NCBI GenBank assembly: GCA_009103225.1
Contig: RHPI01001737.1
Span: 607,131-671,130 of the forward strand
Reading direction: 5' to 3'
Source of the DNA: Chlorokybus atmophyticus
Taxonomy: Eukaryota; Plantae; Mesostigma and Chlorokybus algae
DNA length: 64,000 nucleotides
Shown piece by piece: positions 19,969 to 37,200 of the stretch. Within the stretch, counting starts at the first letter, position 1; every line of letters begins with the position of its first letter. The notes beneath the pieces are model-generated. The model did not search any database. It worked only from the letters and a program-made list of their open reading frames with translations, and was not told the origin of the DNA. The position numbers were made by a program, and so were the translations under genes.

Positions 19969-21105
19969 NTCCCCCAACCCCTTAACACCTTACCAGCCAC
20001 CCACCGTCTCTCTCTTTTCCCCCAACATGCTGTCAAGGCAGTTGCCCCATTTCCTCGCCGAACCGGCCTCGAGTGGTTGCTGTCCTTAATGGGCAGGATC
20101 GGCACACAATTATGCGTATAGGGTGCGCCGCGGCAATGGGATCAACGATTGTGTGTAGCTTCTATACTTCACGTACAGGAAGTTAAATTGGGGGTCATGA
20201 TGTAGATTATGAGGAGTACTCTACAAATGCTATTGCATTGACATGCAAGCGTACAGCTGTTAGCGCAGCTACCATGCCTATGAGGTACGCATCACATACA
20301 TCTCACGCATGGGCACCACCCTACTCTACGCTAGTGCCGCCGCGGCACTGCCGCGTCCGCCTTTGTCGTCGAGGGTCCTGGCGCCATAGATGTCCACCCC
20401 TGCATCACCGCCACAGCCGCCGCTCCTCGGAGGAGCGGCGCTCCACAAGTGCCATGGCATGTGCACGCTGCAACTTGCAGCGTGTATCGGCGAGGGGTTC
20501 GTGCATTTGCCCCGCCGCGAGCAAATCGCCTGTGCATTGATTGAACGCACAGGCGACTCGCAGGGCAAATACACGAACCTCTCGAAGTATCGCTGCTCCG
20601 CCCCTCGCACCAGCATGATATGACGTGCGCATAGGCCGCGCTGAAAGTCCTCCCCGAGCGTACCGTGCGTTATGCATGGCACGCTGAAGACAATCTCCGT
20701 CGCCAGCGGGTAGAAGTTGTCGTTGGGTGGGTAGTCACCATTGGCCGCCTCAGCTGCTCGTTTACTGTCATGCCTGCTTGCTGCACGCCGTGACAGTGAC
20801 ATGTAACAGCATATTCGTGTTGCGGCCGGCTTTGGATGCCATCAGGTCGAGGCGTCTGCCGTGTGACTCCTATGCACAGATGGGCATAAAACTTGGATGC
20901 TTGCAGCTCACAATAAAGCCAGCCTCCGTCATCAAGGTGAACACCTCGTCGCAAACTGCATTGTGGGTGGCTGTGCTCGCGCGACCCAGCCCGCAGCGCA
21001 ACAAGTGCGCACTCTTTAGCTGCAGCGATGCCCCGCACGCGTAGTGCCTCACCCCCGCTAGCAATAGATGTGGCAAGCCCAAGCGTGTTCGCAGTGCCAT
21101 TGCAG

Positions 21106-21677
21106 CACCGGTAGAATTGGTTTTCGGCAAGTTAGGCTAGATCCCTAACTTTATTAGAGCTTTGGTGCAAAGTTTGGTAGGGATTCGCAAGATCCCTAAT
21201 TTATTCATAGGTAGATCCCCATAAGTTGGAACCTGTCACAAGCGGCCATCGGTTGGTCGTATAATTTGTATAAGATCTTCAACAACGTTCAGGACCGGGC
21301 GTTGCGATTATCAGCAAGCACGGTTGTGACAAAGACCTGTACAATGTCTATAAAGATATTAACCATTTCCCTGACGTTGGGGACACGGTGGTTACATTAC
21401 AACGCATACAAGTAAAGACAATTGCCGGTATAAATCCTTGTTGCGACCGTCATTGCTTGGATCTAGCAGTCATAAAGTTGTCACGTCGGTCGGTACACCG
21501 CACTAACTAACTACCTAAATTACTTGCCACCTGATCATCAGTATATCGCCGGTCCAAGCTTGCCTACAGGTAGAAACCAGTACCTCGGTTGCCATTGGAT
21601 ATCTTATCAAGTTATGGCTAGATTTCTAACCGAGTTGTGGTCAAAGCCAATCTGTTGAGGGGCCATATCTACCGGTG
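21106..21677. mobile_element. Non-autonomous CACTA-type element with CACCGGTAG termini
   Basis: CACCGGTAGA ... TCTACCGGTG. Flanks are CAG and TAG, read as a 3-bp TSD with one transition. Removing it rejoins the CRE reading ..FRPAL/AMALRTRLG. Confidence 0.85.
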
Positions 21678-21994
21678 TAGTGCCGGCCGAAAGACGTCAC
21701 TTGATAGCCTTGTCGCTAGGGTGAGGGGAAGTTCGCTCAGCCAAGCGCCCGCGCCCAAGGTTGCTGCCGACTATTTGCGCGCCTTGTCTTGCGGTGGTGC
21801 CTCTCGCTCGTAGACATCAACCTCAGCATCTACCAGCTCGCTCAAGTTCTACTGCAACGATTGTGCCGCGACGTGCGCCAATGCCAAGAACAACAGTATC
21901 AAGCGGCGCGACGCAGGCGGCAAGGAAGTCATCGCCGCTCGCAAGTTTTGATATAGAGGCAGTGTGCCCGTGTCTGCACCGTCGATGGCCGCTA

Positions 21995-22436
21995 CAGTCT
22001 GCCCTTGTTAAGAGCATACTGTTTATCTTCCGCTATTTTATGCTCGCATTGAAGAGCATAATATGCTCTTACATGTGAAGAGCATAAATATGCTATAAAC
22101 GCAGTTTCATCACGCCCATCACGCCCATTACGTCACATGCATCACGTCATGCCTGTTGCGCCGTCACGCCCATCACGCTGGTTGCGCGTCATATCTTGCC
22201 CTAATCGTCACGCTCATCACGCCTTATGCCAAACCCGTCACGTCTCCTCCCTCGATGTTGGGAATATGCACACTCAAACTTGCTTGCAGAATATTCACGA
22301 AAAAATCTATGCTCTTCGCATTAGTCATATACTCTTAAACACAAACATTTGCCTGTAAAACCATTGATAATTTTACACTCTATGCTATAGGCGGGGTTAT
22401 TTTGTTGGAACGATGTCTCTTAGCGGGGGTAGACTG
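21995..22436. mobile_element. pogo-family MITE, opposite orientation to 7368-8543
   Basis: Both ends align to the two ends of 7368-8543 for about 50 bp. Flanks are TA and TG. Confidence 0.85.
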
Positions 22437-23789
22437 TGTCATGTCAGCATCAACAGGCAGGAATCGACGATGTAACTTTGCCGCCACAGCCCCCCAGCCG
22501 CCTACAAAAGCAGCAGAAGCGTGAGCTTTGACGCTCCGCAAACCCACCCCTCCCGTTGCGACCGGCACCGGGAGCTCTGCGTCACAAAGCGAGTCTGCAT
22601 GGCCTCCGATCCCGGCAGCTGTAGCTGATGAAGAGGCGGTGCAGTGTGTCGTGAAGTGCGTAGTTGAAGGCCTTCAGCTCGTCGCAGACCTCTGGCGTGG
22701 GCGCGACCGTATGCCATACGGTCTCACAATGCGTCAAGTAGGAGGGGCGGGCTGCTACACAACGCGTCAACAGCAACACCGCCACCTACGCATCGCTGAC
22801 TTCCGCCAATGCCGGCACCGTCATGTAGTCGCGCACACTGGCGGCGTAGTACTGATGCATAAATGTGGCCGACGCCAGTTATCACCACGCCGTCCGCTGT
22901 GCAGCGTACTTCTGCCGGTAGCGTCATCTAGTAATTGACGATCACAGCCCCAAATGAAAAACTTGTGTAACGCCACCCGCAAGCCTACTACCGCCATGAC
23001 ATGTGCAAGCGCTGTCATCGCTGTAGCCACACCGCCGGGCGGCATTAGCGAAAAGGTGTCGTCCGCAAACACCACCGTCACACCTGGGAATGCTGGCAGC
23101 ACTGACGCCTCTATGCAGGTGTGTACTAGCGCATACAGAAAGCCAGCCATCGAGTCGCCCTGCCCTGTGGCAGATGTGACGGGCACCATGGTGGCCACGC
23201 ACGGTCTGCATCTGTACCATAGTGTGGATAGCACCCCGTAGAACTTCTACGGGGTGTTGACCAGGTGCACAAAAGGGATGTAGTGCGCGAACAGTGAAGC
23301 GCGAAGGTTCTCAAAGATGGCAGCACGGTCCACTGAATTGAAGGCATTGGCAATGTCGAGGCGCGCTAGCACATGCCCCAGATGCGACTGCGTCCACACA
23401 CGCCGCGTTGGCAACCTGTGCGCCACCATCTCAGCCCCGGAACGCATTGCCACAACGTACTGCCACGGCTCGAAGTGCGCGCCCAGCTGACTCCGGTCCT
23501 GCGCCATGAGAGTTCTGACCACCAATCGCTGCAGCACATTGCTCACGGCTATTGACCGCATGCCTCCCGCGCGAGCTTCCGGATCCTTCGACAGTGCAGA
23601 CGACGAGGACATCGATACCAGCGCTGCAATAGGGGCCGGTACTGCACCCACTGCTAATACAGCACCCACTTGAAGCAGCAGTCCCTGCGCTGAGCCATGC
23701 TGCACGCCGTCCACAACACCTCTCGCATGGGAGGAGTATGCGTATGTTAAGACTGGTGAGTAAACAAGAGAGGCTGAGCATGTGCACAA

Positions 23790-24036
23790 NNNNNNNNNNN
23801 NNNNNNNNNNNNNNNNNNNNNNNNNNNNNNNNNNNNNNNNNNNNNNNNNNNNNNNNNNNNNNNNNNNNNNNNNNNNNNNNNNNNNNNNNNNNNNNNNNNN
23901 NNNNNNNNNNNNNNNNNNNNNNNNNNNNNNNNNNNNNNNNNNNNNNNNNNNNNNNNNNNNNNNNNNNNNNNNNNNNNNNNNNNNNNNNNNNNNNNNNNNN
24001 NNNNNNNNNNNNNNNNNNNNNNNNNNNNNNNNNNNN
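23790..24036. other. Assembly gap (N run)
   Basis: Contiguous Ns. Confidence 0.99.
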
Positions 24037-24886
24037 GGGGGGGGGGGAGGTGGAGAAGAATGTTAGGATGCGTGCGTGCGTGCGTGCGGTTGTTTGCATG
24101 TGCATAATGTCAGAATAGTGTTATCAGCTGGGGATGCGAGCACACAAATCTGTATTCTAAGGCACTACTTGCTTGTACTCACCACCCCGTCAGTCTTGTA
24201 CACACTCCTAATCACAGGTGTCAGCATAGGTAGGCATGTACTGCGCATGGCAGGTCACTCTGACCGTAGTCCCACCGTTTGTATCAACGTACTTGGCCGC
24301 AGCACTCACCAGCAACATTGATAAACAAATTGTTCACATATGGAGCAAGCATGTGAAGCTTGAAGAGTTGACTGTTCCCGCAATGGGTCGACAGCAGCGG
24401 CAGCCACAGCAGTAGAGCCTGCAGCTGTGTGTCATGCAGGCCCTGTCCGGGACAGGATTGTGCGCGCATTTCATAGGCACCATCAGACAGCACAACAGCA
24501 TATCTGCACACCGACAACCGTCAACGCATCACGCACGATATGCTATTCCAGATGTAAATACATACAGACAACGCCATGTGCTGTTCCATGAGAATACTCA
24601 GACTGCCCTGTCAACGTCAAGATCATGGACATGCAAAATAGCGCTAAGTGAAGTGATATGCATGCTGGAACAGGGTTTAAGTCCTCACTGCTATCACCAT
24701 GCGCCCATGTAATACGTTCAGCAGGTGCTTTATTACAAAGAAGCTGCTATGTACAGAACTCAACACAGAAAGAGTTCAGCGAAAAATGCGCTTCTGCTTC
24801 GTCTCCGAGTAAGTGGCACTCACTACGCTCCGCATCCCGTTACCACCGCTGTGGTCGAGGACAGCAAACTTCTCCTCCTCTGCCAC

Positions 24887-31020
<6,134 letters not shown>

Positions 31021-32632
31021 TGCAGCCCCGCACGCCCACCCACCAACCGCGGTCCCACCCACCGCCGCCCCGGACGCCCACACCAATGCGGACAACAACA
31101 CGCAAGGTAGCTTGCCCTGCAGCAAGCCCTGTCTTGCTTATAAGCATGACATTTGAGTTGCGACCGCTCCATCGTCATGTGGGGAGCAAGCACACGGTTT
31201 CATGCACGCGTTTTTGTCTTCTCCCTCCGGAGTGCTGCAATGACGCAGCTCAGGATTCGTCGGTTGTCAGACTGTTTCGCCACCTGAGTATGCTGCGAAT
31301 TATAATACTTAGCGCTAGAAAAGCTGATCTAATAGAGGCGTGCCTTCCAAATGTAGTATAAGGGTCCTAATACTGAAATGTAGTATCAGTGATTTGCTGA
31401 ACAGCAATTGCTGCATGAAATTGCGTTGGTCACGCCGTGACAAACCAGTATTGAAGGCAGCCCCTGATAACGCAAGCGTTCCTGCAGTACTATCAAGAAT
31501 GTAGGTCTACATCTGACAACTGAGGCTGCCCATGACTAGTCAGCACTGCTCAGCAATGGGCAACAAGTTGCTGACAGCGTCACGTGCTTGAGGCTTGCTG
31601 GCCGGCTCCAGCTGCTGACAGCGTCACGGATAGCACAACTCAGCCTCTAATGTTGTGCCCGCATAGATTGCTATAAACATAACCCATAAGACCATTGCAA
31701 ACATGACTGCGCTCATTTTGACGAATCCGCTCCACGCCGGCAGCACACTGACGGTTAAGCATGAGAGCCGCCGCCGTGTTGTGCACGTGAGTGCACATTA
31801 CGCGCAAGTGAGCAGCCATTATGGTGTTGTCATGCACCACGGCGACATTATCATGCACATTACGCGTTGCACACTGCATTGCGCTAGTACCGTAATGACC
31901 AAAATTCTACGTATCAAGAATAATAGTAATACAACGCTCTTATTACGTAAATTCTATTGGAACGCACTATTAGTTTAATGTACAACGAATTGCCGGCAAC
32001 CGGGCCGCGCGCCTCGCGCGCCTATCAATCAGTGCATTGATTTGCAGACAGTATACATAAACAGTCGCGCGCTTCTTATGTTATCTCTGAAACAGACTGT
32101 ACGACGGCATACGAAGTGAAAACTAATACGAAGAAGTATTTGACAAGTTGGTCACTAGTCGAATGACTCACTACGGTACTCAGCAAATAGCCTTATGCAG
32201 AAGGCATCATGCTTACAGCAGTTGCACTGCTTCTCATGCAACGGTTACCATGGTCGTATGCTCTTTTCAATACCGCACCCTGTATCTCTCACAAGCAGTC
32301 TGCACGTGTCAAATCTTGTAAGATACTTTCTTGTAAGAAAATTGTGTATTGTATTTCATTGCTGCCACTAAGCTTTACAAGCTTAGTGGCGACCTGCCAC
32401 CCTGCTGAGCGGGACCACCTGGTAGGGGCCTACCATATGACAAGGAACTCACTGTTTCCAACTAGAGTATGGTACCTGCCTTCTTTTCCGAAGCAACAAA
32501 TGAGATGACGCCACCTGCAAGAGCAACGCGGTTTTGTCGTCTTATATCAGAGACACATTTTAAACATGTTATATTCATCAGACTGTCTGCCCGGGCAGTG
32601 CAAGTCAGCAGCAGTTTTCCTCATAGGCGGCG

Positions 32633-35160
32633 ATGGCGGCGGCGGCAGCAGCGGCGGCGGCGGCGGGAGCTGCCCTGTCCTCCAAGCAGCCTACACGTGT
32701 CAGCTTTGTGAGCGACGTCAAGCTCAAGGTGAGACTAGAGGAAATGTGACTGTCGCCGGCCGCTTTCACCTGATGGCTGAGCCCGCTGCCCTCTGGCCAG
32801 TACATGCGTTGGCCTTCTGGGTTGTTAACGTGCGCGTGTTTACAAGAGTAGCAAGGAAACAAGTGGAGCTCATGCAGGCTGTTGATTGCCCGCTCCCAAA
32901 GCCCTGACCTCGCGTGTCATGAAGAGTTCTCAGACGCGCAATGCATGGTTGTCTACCCATGCCGCCTGCTCGCCACCACAGACATGCTCCTGCAATGGCG
33001 TGTGTATTCGTATTCATAAGTCGTGTGCACTCGCAGCACGTCAGCAGCAATGTTAGTCTCCGGGAAGCTGCACTCCTCCCGAAACGCTCCACAGGATGCG
33101 GCAAAAGAGCTCCAGTGGTCTGCCAGGCTGCTACGCCGGTGAATGTCAAAAACTGGACCTGGCAGCTGGCGAAGGTGAGAGAGACTGGCTTGCCTTGTAA
33201 CTTCTTACAGCACTGGTAATGATACACCTACCTTTTCACGCAGGCATATGTTGTGGAGATGGACACACACGTCCACCAGGCGTACAGCCATTTCACCTGC
33301 ACGCATGCGGCGTGCGAGGCATACCTCATCGCCCTCCGTCGCCAGTTATCAGGCGCTCACCCCCTCCTCCGTCTCCTCCTCCCACACTTCAGGCATGCTT
33401 CCATCCTTCAAATCACGCTGCTCTCATCAGTTGCTTGCACTGGTCGCACCACACACCTCTCTCTCGCTCACTCCATGCATGCACAGGTATACACTTGCAA
33501 TCAATGCAGCAGCGAGGGGACAGCTTATCAACGCAGGCGGCATCATTGAGAAGACGTTTGCTGCGGGAAAATATGCTCTCCCACTTTCCGCAGAGCTCTA
33601 CAAGTACGGTGTTGGTCTTTGAAGTTGTTGTCAATGGCTTGTTGCTGACAAACGAAGTATCGTGCTCATCTGTGTCTGCTGATGCAGAGGTTGGCGCTTC
33701 TGCGACCAGGCACTACCTCAAGACCTGGAGAACAGAAGCTTGACTCTGCCAGGTAGGTCATCAATAAGCAGTAGATTTGCAAGTAGACATGCAAATTGCT
33801 TAAACCAACCCATTGCTTAACCACTTACACACTTGATCACTCACTCATGTGCTGTGTGTGCACAGACAATCTTGTTGACGAATTGGACTTGAAGAAGCGA
33901 GCTGAAAGCGGTGTTCTCCCCTATTTTCCTTACCGCGACTTTGGACTCATCATATGGAAGGTGAGTGCATGCGGGTGCTTCAGACTATCTTCTCCTGCTC
34001 TAGCTGTTTAGCCCAACCTCGCACCATCTCTCCTGTTGGCAGTGCATTGAAGACTATGTGCGCGACTATGTGAGCAAATATTACAGTTCCGATGAAGACG
34101 TACTTGTGAGTAACCAGCTCACGGCAGATATTGTGGCTTTCTTTCGCACTTGTTCTACTAGTAGCCGTGTGATGAACGCAGACATGCTTGACAGGGTGAT
34201 GAAGAGCTGCTGAACTTCTGGACTGAAGTCAAGGATGTGGCACATGAAGGTAAGTCACCTGTAGCACTCTCCATGCAGCATTATTGAAGGCATTACATCT
34301 GTATAATTCCAAGTGTCATTGGGGCTTGTAGAGGCCGATCCTTCGGGGTGGCCTCCACTGGCATCAACATCTGATCTTGTGCGCATCCTCACGATCATGA
34401 TCTGGTCCGGAAGCGGCCTGCACTCCGCCATCAACTTTGGCCAATATGACTATTCGGTGAGAGGCCACTGCATGCATGTAAACGTCTGGATTTGACATAG
34501 GGTGATCTCTGAGCACGCTCTCACACTGCACCCTTCAGAGTTTTCCCGGGGTGCAGCCCGCGACAATGCACGCTGCCATGCCTGAGGTAGGAGACAACAA
34601 TGAAGATGGTGACAATGTTGTGGTGGATGAAGAGTTCTACATCTCCTCCCTTCCGAATGTCACCGATTCTGGCCGTGTCGCTGCCACTGTTGAGGTGATT
34701 GCTTGTACTCATGCGCAACCAAATATGTGCACAATTACTCACGCAATCTGGTGCTGCAGCTTCTCAGCACGCACTCTCCAGACGAGCAGTACCTGGGCTT
34801 TTCTAGTGTTTACTTGGATACTCAGGGAAAGGAAGCCTTTGCAAATTTTACTCAGGTGAGACAAACACATGCGTATGCAGTCATGTAGACTGTACACCAT
34901 GCGCACGCGCATACAAGTCACATGCCGTCGCACAAGCAAACACCTACGAGATGCACACGCATCAATGAAACTTGGCATGAACATGCCTCCACTCCCTTAT
35001 ATTTGTGCAGGCAATTGTTGATGCTCAGAAGACAATCAAGCGACTCAACAGCTACTGGTCGGACAGTGACAAACGCCTGGTGCCATACACATACCTGACC
35101 CCACGCTATGACGCCGGTGCCGATGTCGTCCGCGGCATCCCCAACAGTGTGTCCATATAA
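32633..35160 (+). CDS. LOX: C-terminal-half lipoxygenase with its own plastid transit peptide (434 aa, 12 exons)
   Basis: Exons 32633-32728, 33037-33174, 33244-33392, 33487-33603, 33688-33752, 33866-33960, 34043-34105, 34195-34249, 34332-34456, 34539-34694, 34760-34855, 35011-35160 sum to 1305 nt, open. Motifs WQLAKAYV..HQAYSHFTCTH, PHFRYTLAINAAARGQLINAGGIIE, LHSAINFGQY and C-terminal GIPNSVSI. Confidence 0.92.
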
Positions 35161-35914
35161 ATGTCATTGCACGAGTGCTAAGAGAACTTAAGGCCGTGAA
35201 CTGTTTTGTTATATAGACGTCTCACCTTGCAAGACATACATGTTAGGATCTTGAGCGTTTGCATGTGCTTGTTGCAATAGACTCCAACTCTCATCTTGTC
35301 TGAAACGCCGCTATTCATATAGTATACATCATGATGGCACATTCACACACTAACTCAGCAGATTCTGCTTTGATAGCGATGACGGAGTTGCACCGCGTGT
35401 TGCGTATGCTAACAGGCATGGCTGGTGTTACTTGCTTTTCACCTGCGCGCACAGTGATGTAACACTAGGTAACACTAGCTAGTACAGCTGCCGACAACAG
35501 TGATGTGACACTAGGTGACACCTAGTGTCACATCACTGTTGTCGGCAGCAGTACTAGCTATACTGGCAGCACTCTCGAGTCGCAATGTAAGCAAATGTGC
35601 GTTACGTATACCCTGTAACTTACAGGCAGCATTCCGCCTTCAGCATAAGTGCCCTGCAATAGAGCAGATGGTGCAGGGTATGAACGTCAAAGGCATTGAC
35701 TGAATATAGCCGTGACGCTGGCAGCAGCCAGCAGCTAGGAGGCTAGACGGCAAGTCGCTTGCAAGCTCAGATGGCAAAACAGTCAGCCCATGCATGACGT
35801 GATTCAGAGCTGCGTCTCCCAGACTCAGAGACCAACGCGAGTACATATGTGCTTGAATTTCGTGGCTGAGAGCTGCGTATACGGGTAACACCTCTCTTCC
35901 CTGATGACGATGTC

Positions 35915-36070
35915 GGTTGCATGCTTATAGGCTTAGACAACGGGTTTGCTGCAGGCAAGCCATGTTTGACCTGCATGTTGCCCCCGCCTTGGCGTGGGCG
36001 TCGGGGAGGGGGTGGCCGGGGCGGCGGTGGGTGGGAGAGTGGTGGGTGGGTGGGTGGGCGTGCGGGAGCA
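35915..36070 (+). promoter_or_regulatory. Third, orphan copy of the 5' leader region of the fusion genes
   Basis: ATGCTTATA..GCTGCAGG.CAAGC..GGCGTGGGCGTC..GGGGCGGCGGTGGGTGG..GGGCGTGCGGG matches 10965-11100 and the reverse complement of 31025-31147, but the ATG exon does not follow. Confidence 0.65.
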
Positions 36071-36139
36071 GGTGTCACTCCTCGTACTCCTCCTTTGCCT
36101 CCTTGCTACTTCAGACCCCGGCCCTGTCAGAGGGTGGGA

Positions 36140-37200
36140 CGGCTCCGCTGACTCTCCAGCAGTTCCTGCATGGAGACAGAGCGCAGGTGGTGGACGCCCT
36201 GCTCAAGGTTTGCGCAAGATACAAACTAGTGCTAGGTATAAGGCTGGCTTACTCTAGTTTAGAGTATGCTGGTCACAAGAAAGCTCTGTCTACGGTGAAC
36301 AGGTCTAGGCGGGTAAAAGGAGTTCACGGGAAATGTCCTGCGAAGGGTAAGCCTGCGAAGGGTGAGCTGTGGGGTAGTAGGATGAAGCGGGAGGGGGTGG
36401 GGGGAGGCTGTGCCAGGTTGTGCTATGGTGTAAAAGGCGCCATGAGGGAGTGCAGAAAACGTTGTTGTGCCCCCAGCCGGACTTAAAGAGAAGAAGGAGC
36501 GGAGTTTCTTGTCTGCGGAGAAGATTGTAGACATCATGCATTGCCAATCTCCCTTTGCTGGGAGGAGGATGGAGTGAGACAGGGGTGGACGTAATCTGAA
36601 GGAAAAAGGACGACATTGTCGAAGAGGGAGCGGTTGCGGCTCAACCACAGGTGCCAGAGGACCAGTGGAATCAGCTGCGGGAGAGAGGTTAAGGTGGGGG
36701 GAGTTGCAGGAGGAAGGAGAAGAAGGCGACGGAGAGAGAGAGGGAGAGAGGGGGTCCCGCCAGACCAGCCCAGACCTTGGCGAACCACTGCCATACTGCA
36801 ATGCTGAAGGGGCACTCGATAAAAGGTGGGAGGGGGTCTCCACCGCGTCCAGGGTACACAGCACGAACTTGCCCGCCGACATGTGGAAGTGGAAGAGGCG
36901 GTCCCCGGTGTAAAGGGCTTTGTGGACAAGCAGCTAATTGAAGGAGCGAATGGAGCCCTTCAGAAGAGCGGAATGAATCCTTGTCCACATTGAGGACCAG
37001 TGAATTCCTTGCTTGTCTTCTGCAGTCCACCGCTTTAGAGCTGGGATGTCTTGGAGTGTCGTGCTGCAATGCAATGGCGGAGTAGCCCAGCTTGGACCCA
37101 TAGTCCCAAAGTGAGGTGGTGGAAGGAGAAGGAGGGTAAAGAGTCGTCTATTATGACATCGATGGGTCAAGATGTAGAATGCTCAGAGGGGCGATGCGTG
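36140..37200 (-). mobile_element. L1-type LINE 3' fragment (zf-RVT region)
   Basis: WSSMWTRIHSALL..HKALYTGDRL..C..ETPSHLFIECPFSIAVW..WHLWLSRNRSLF, with stops and frameshifts. Confidence 0.8.

Larger units (their letters stand above)
20300..23735 (-). mobile_element. Decayed CRE-clade-like non-LTR retrotransposon (RT + zinc knuckle + restriction-like endonuclease)
   Basis: RT motifs GGMRSIAVSNVLQRLV, LDIANAFNSVDR, TGQGDSMAGFLYAL, FADD, then LPVATGGVGLRS and GAGAWLSELP..ALRTRLGLP..CG..HLLRC..HNAV..RLDL..HVTV. Many stops and frameshifts; interrupted by two MITEs; the 5' end runs into an N gap. Confidence 0.85.
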
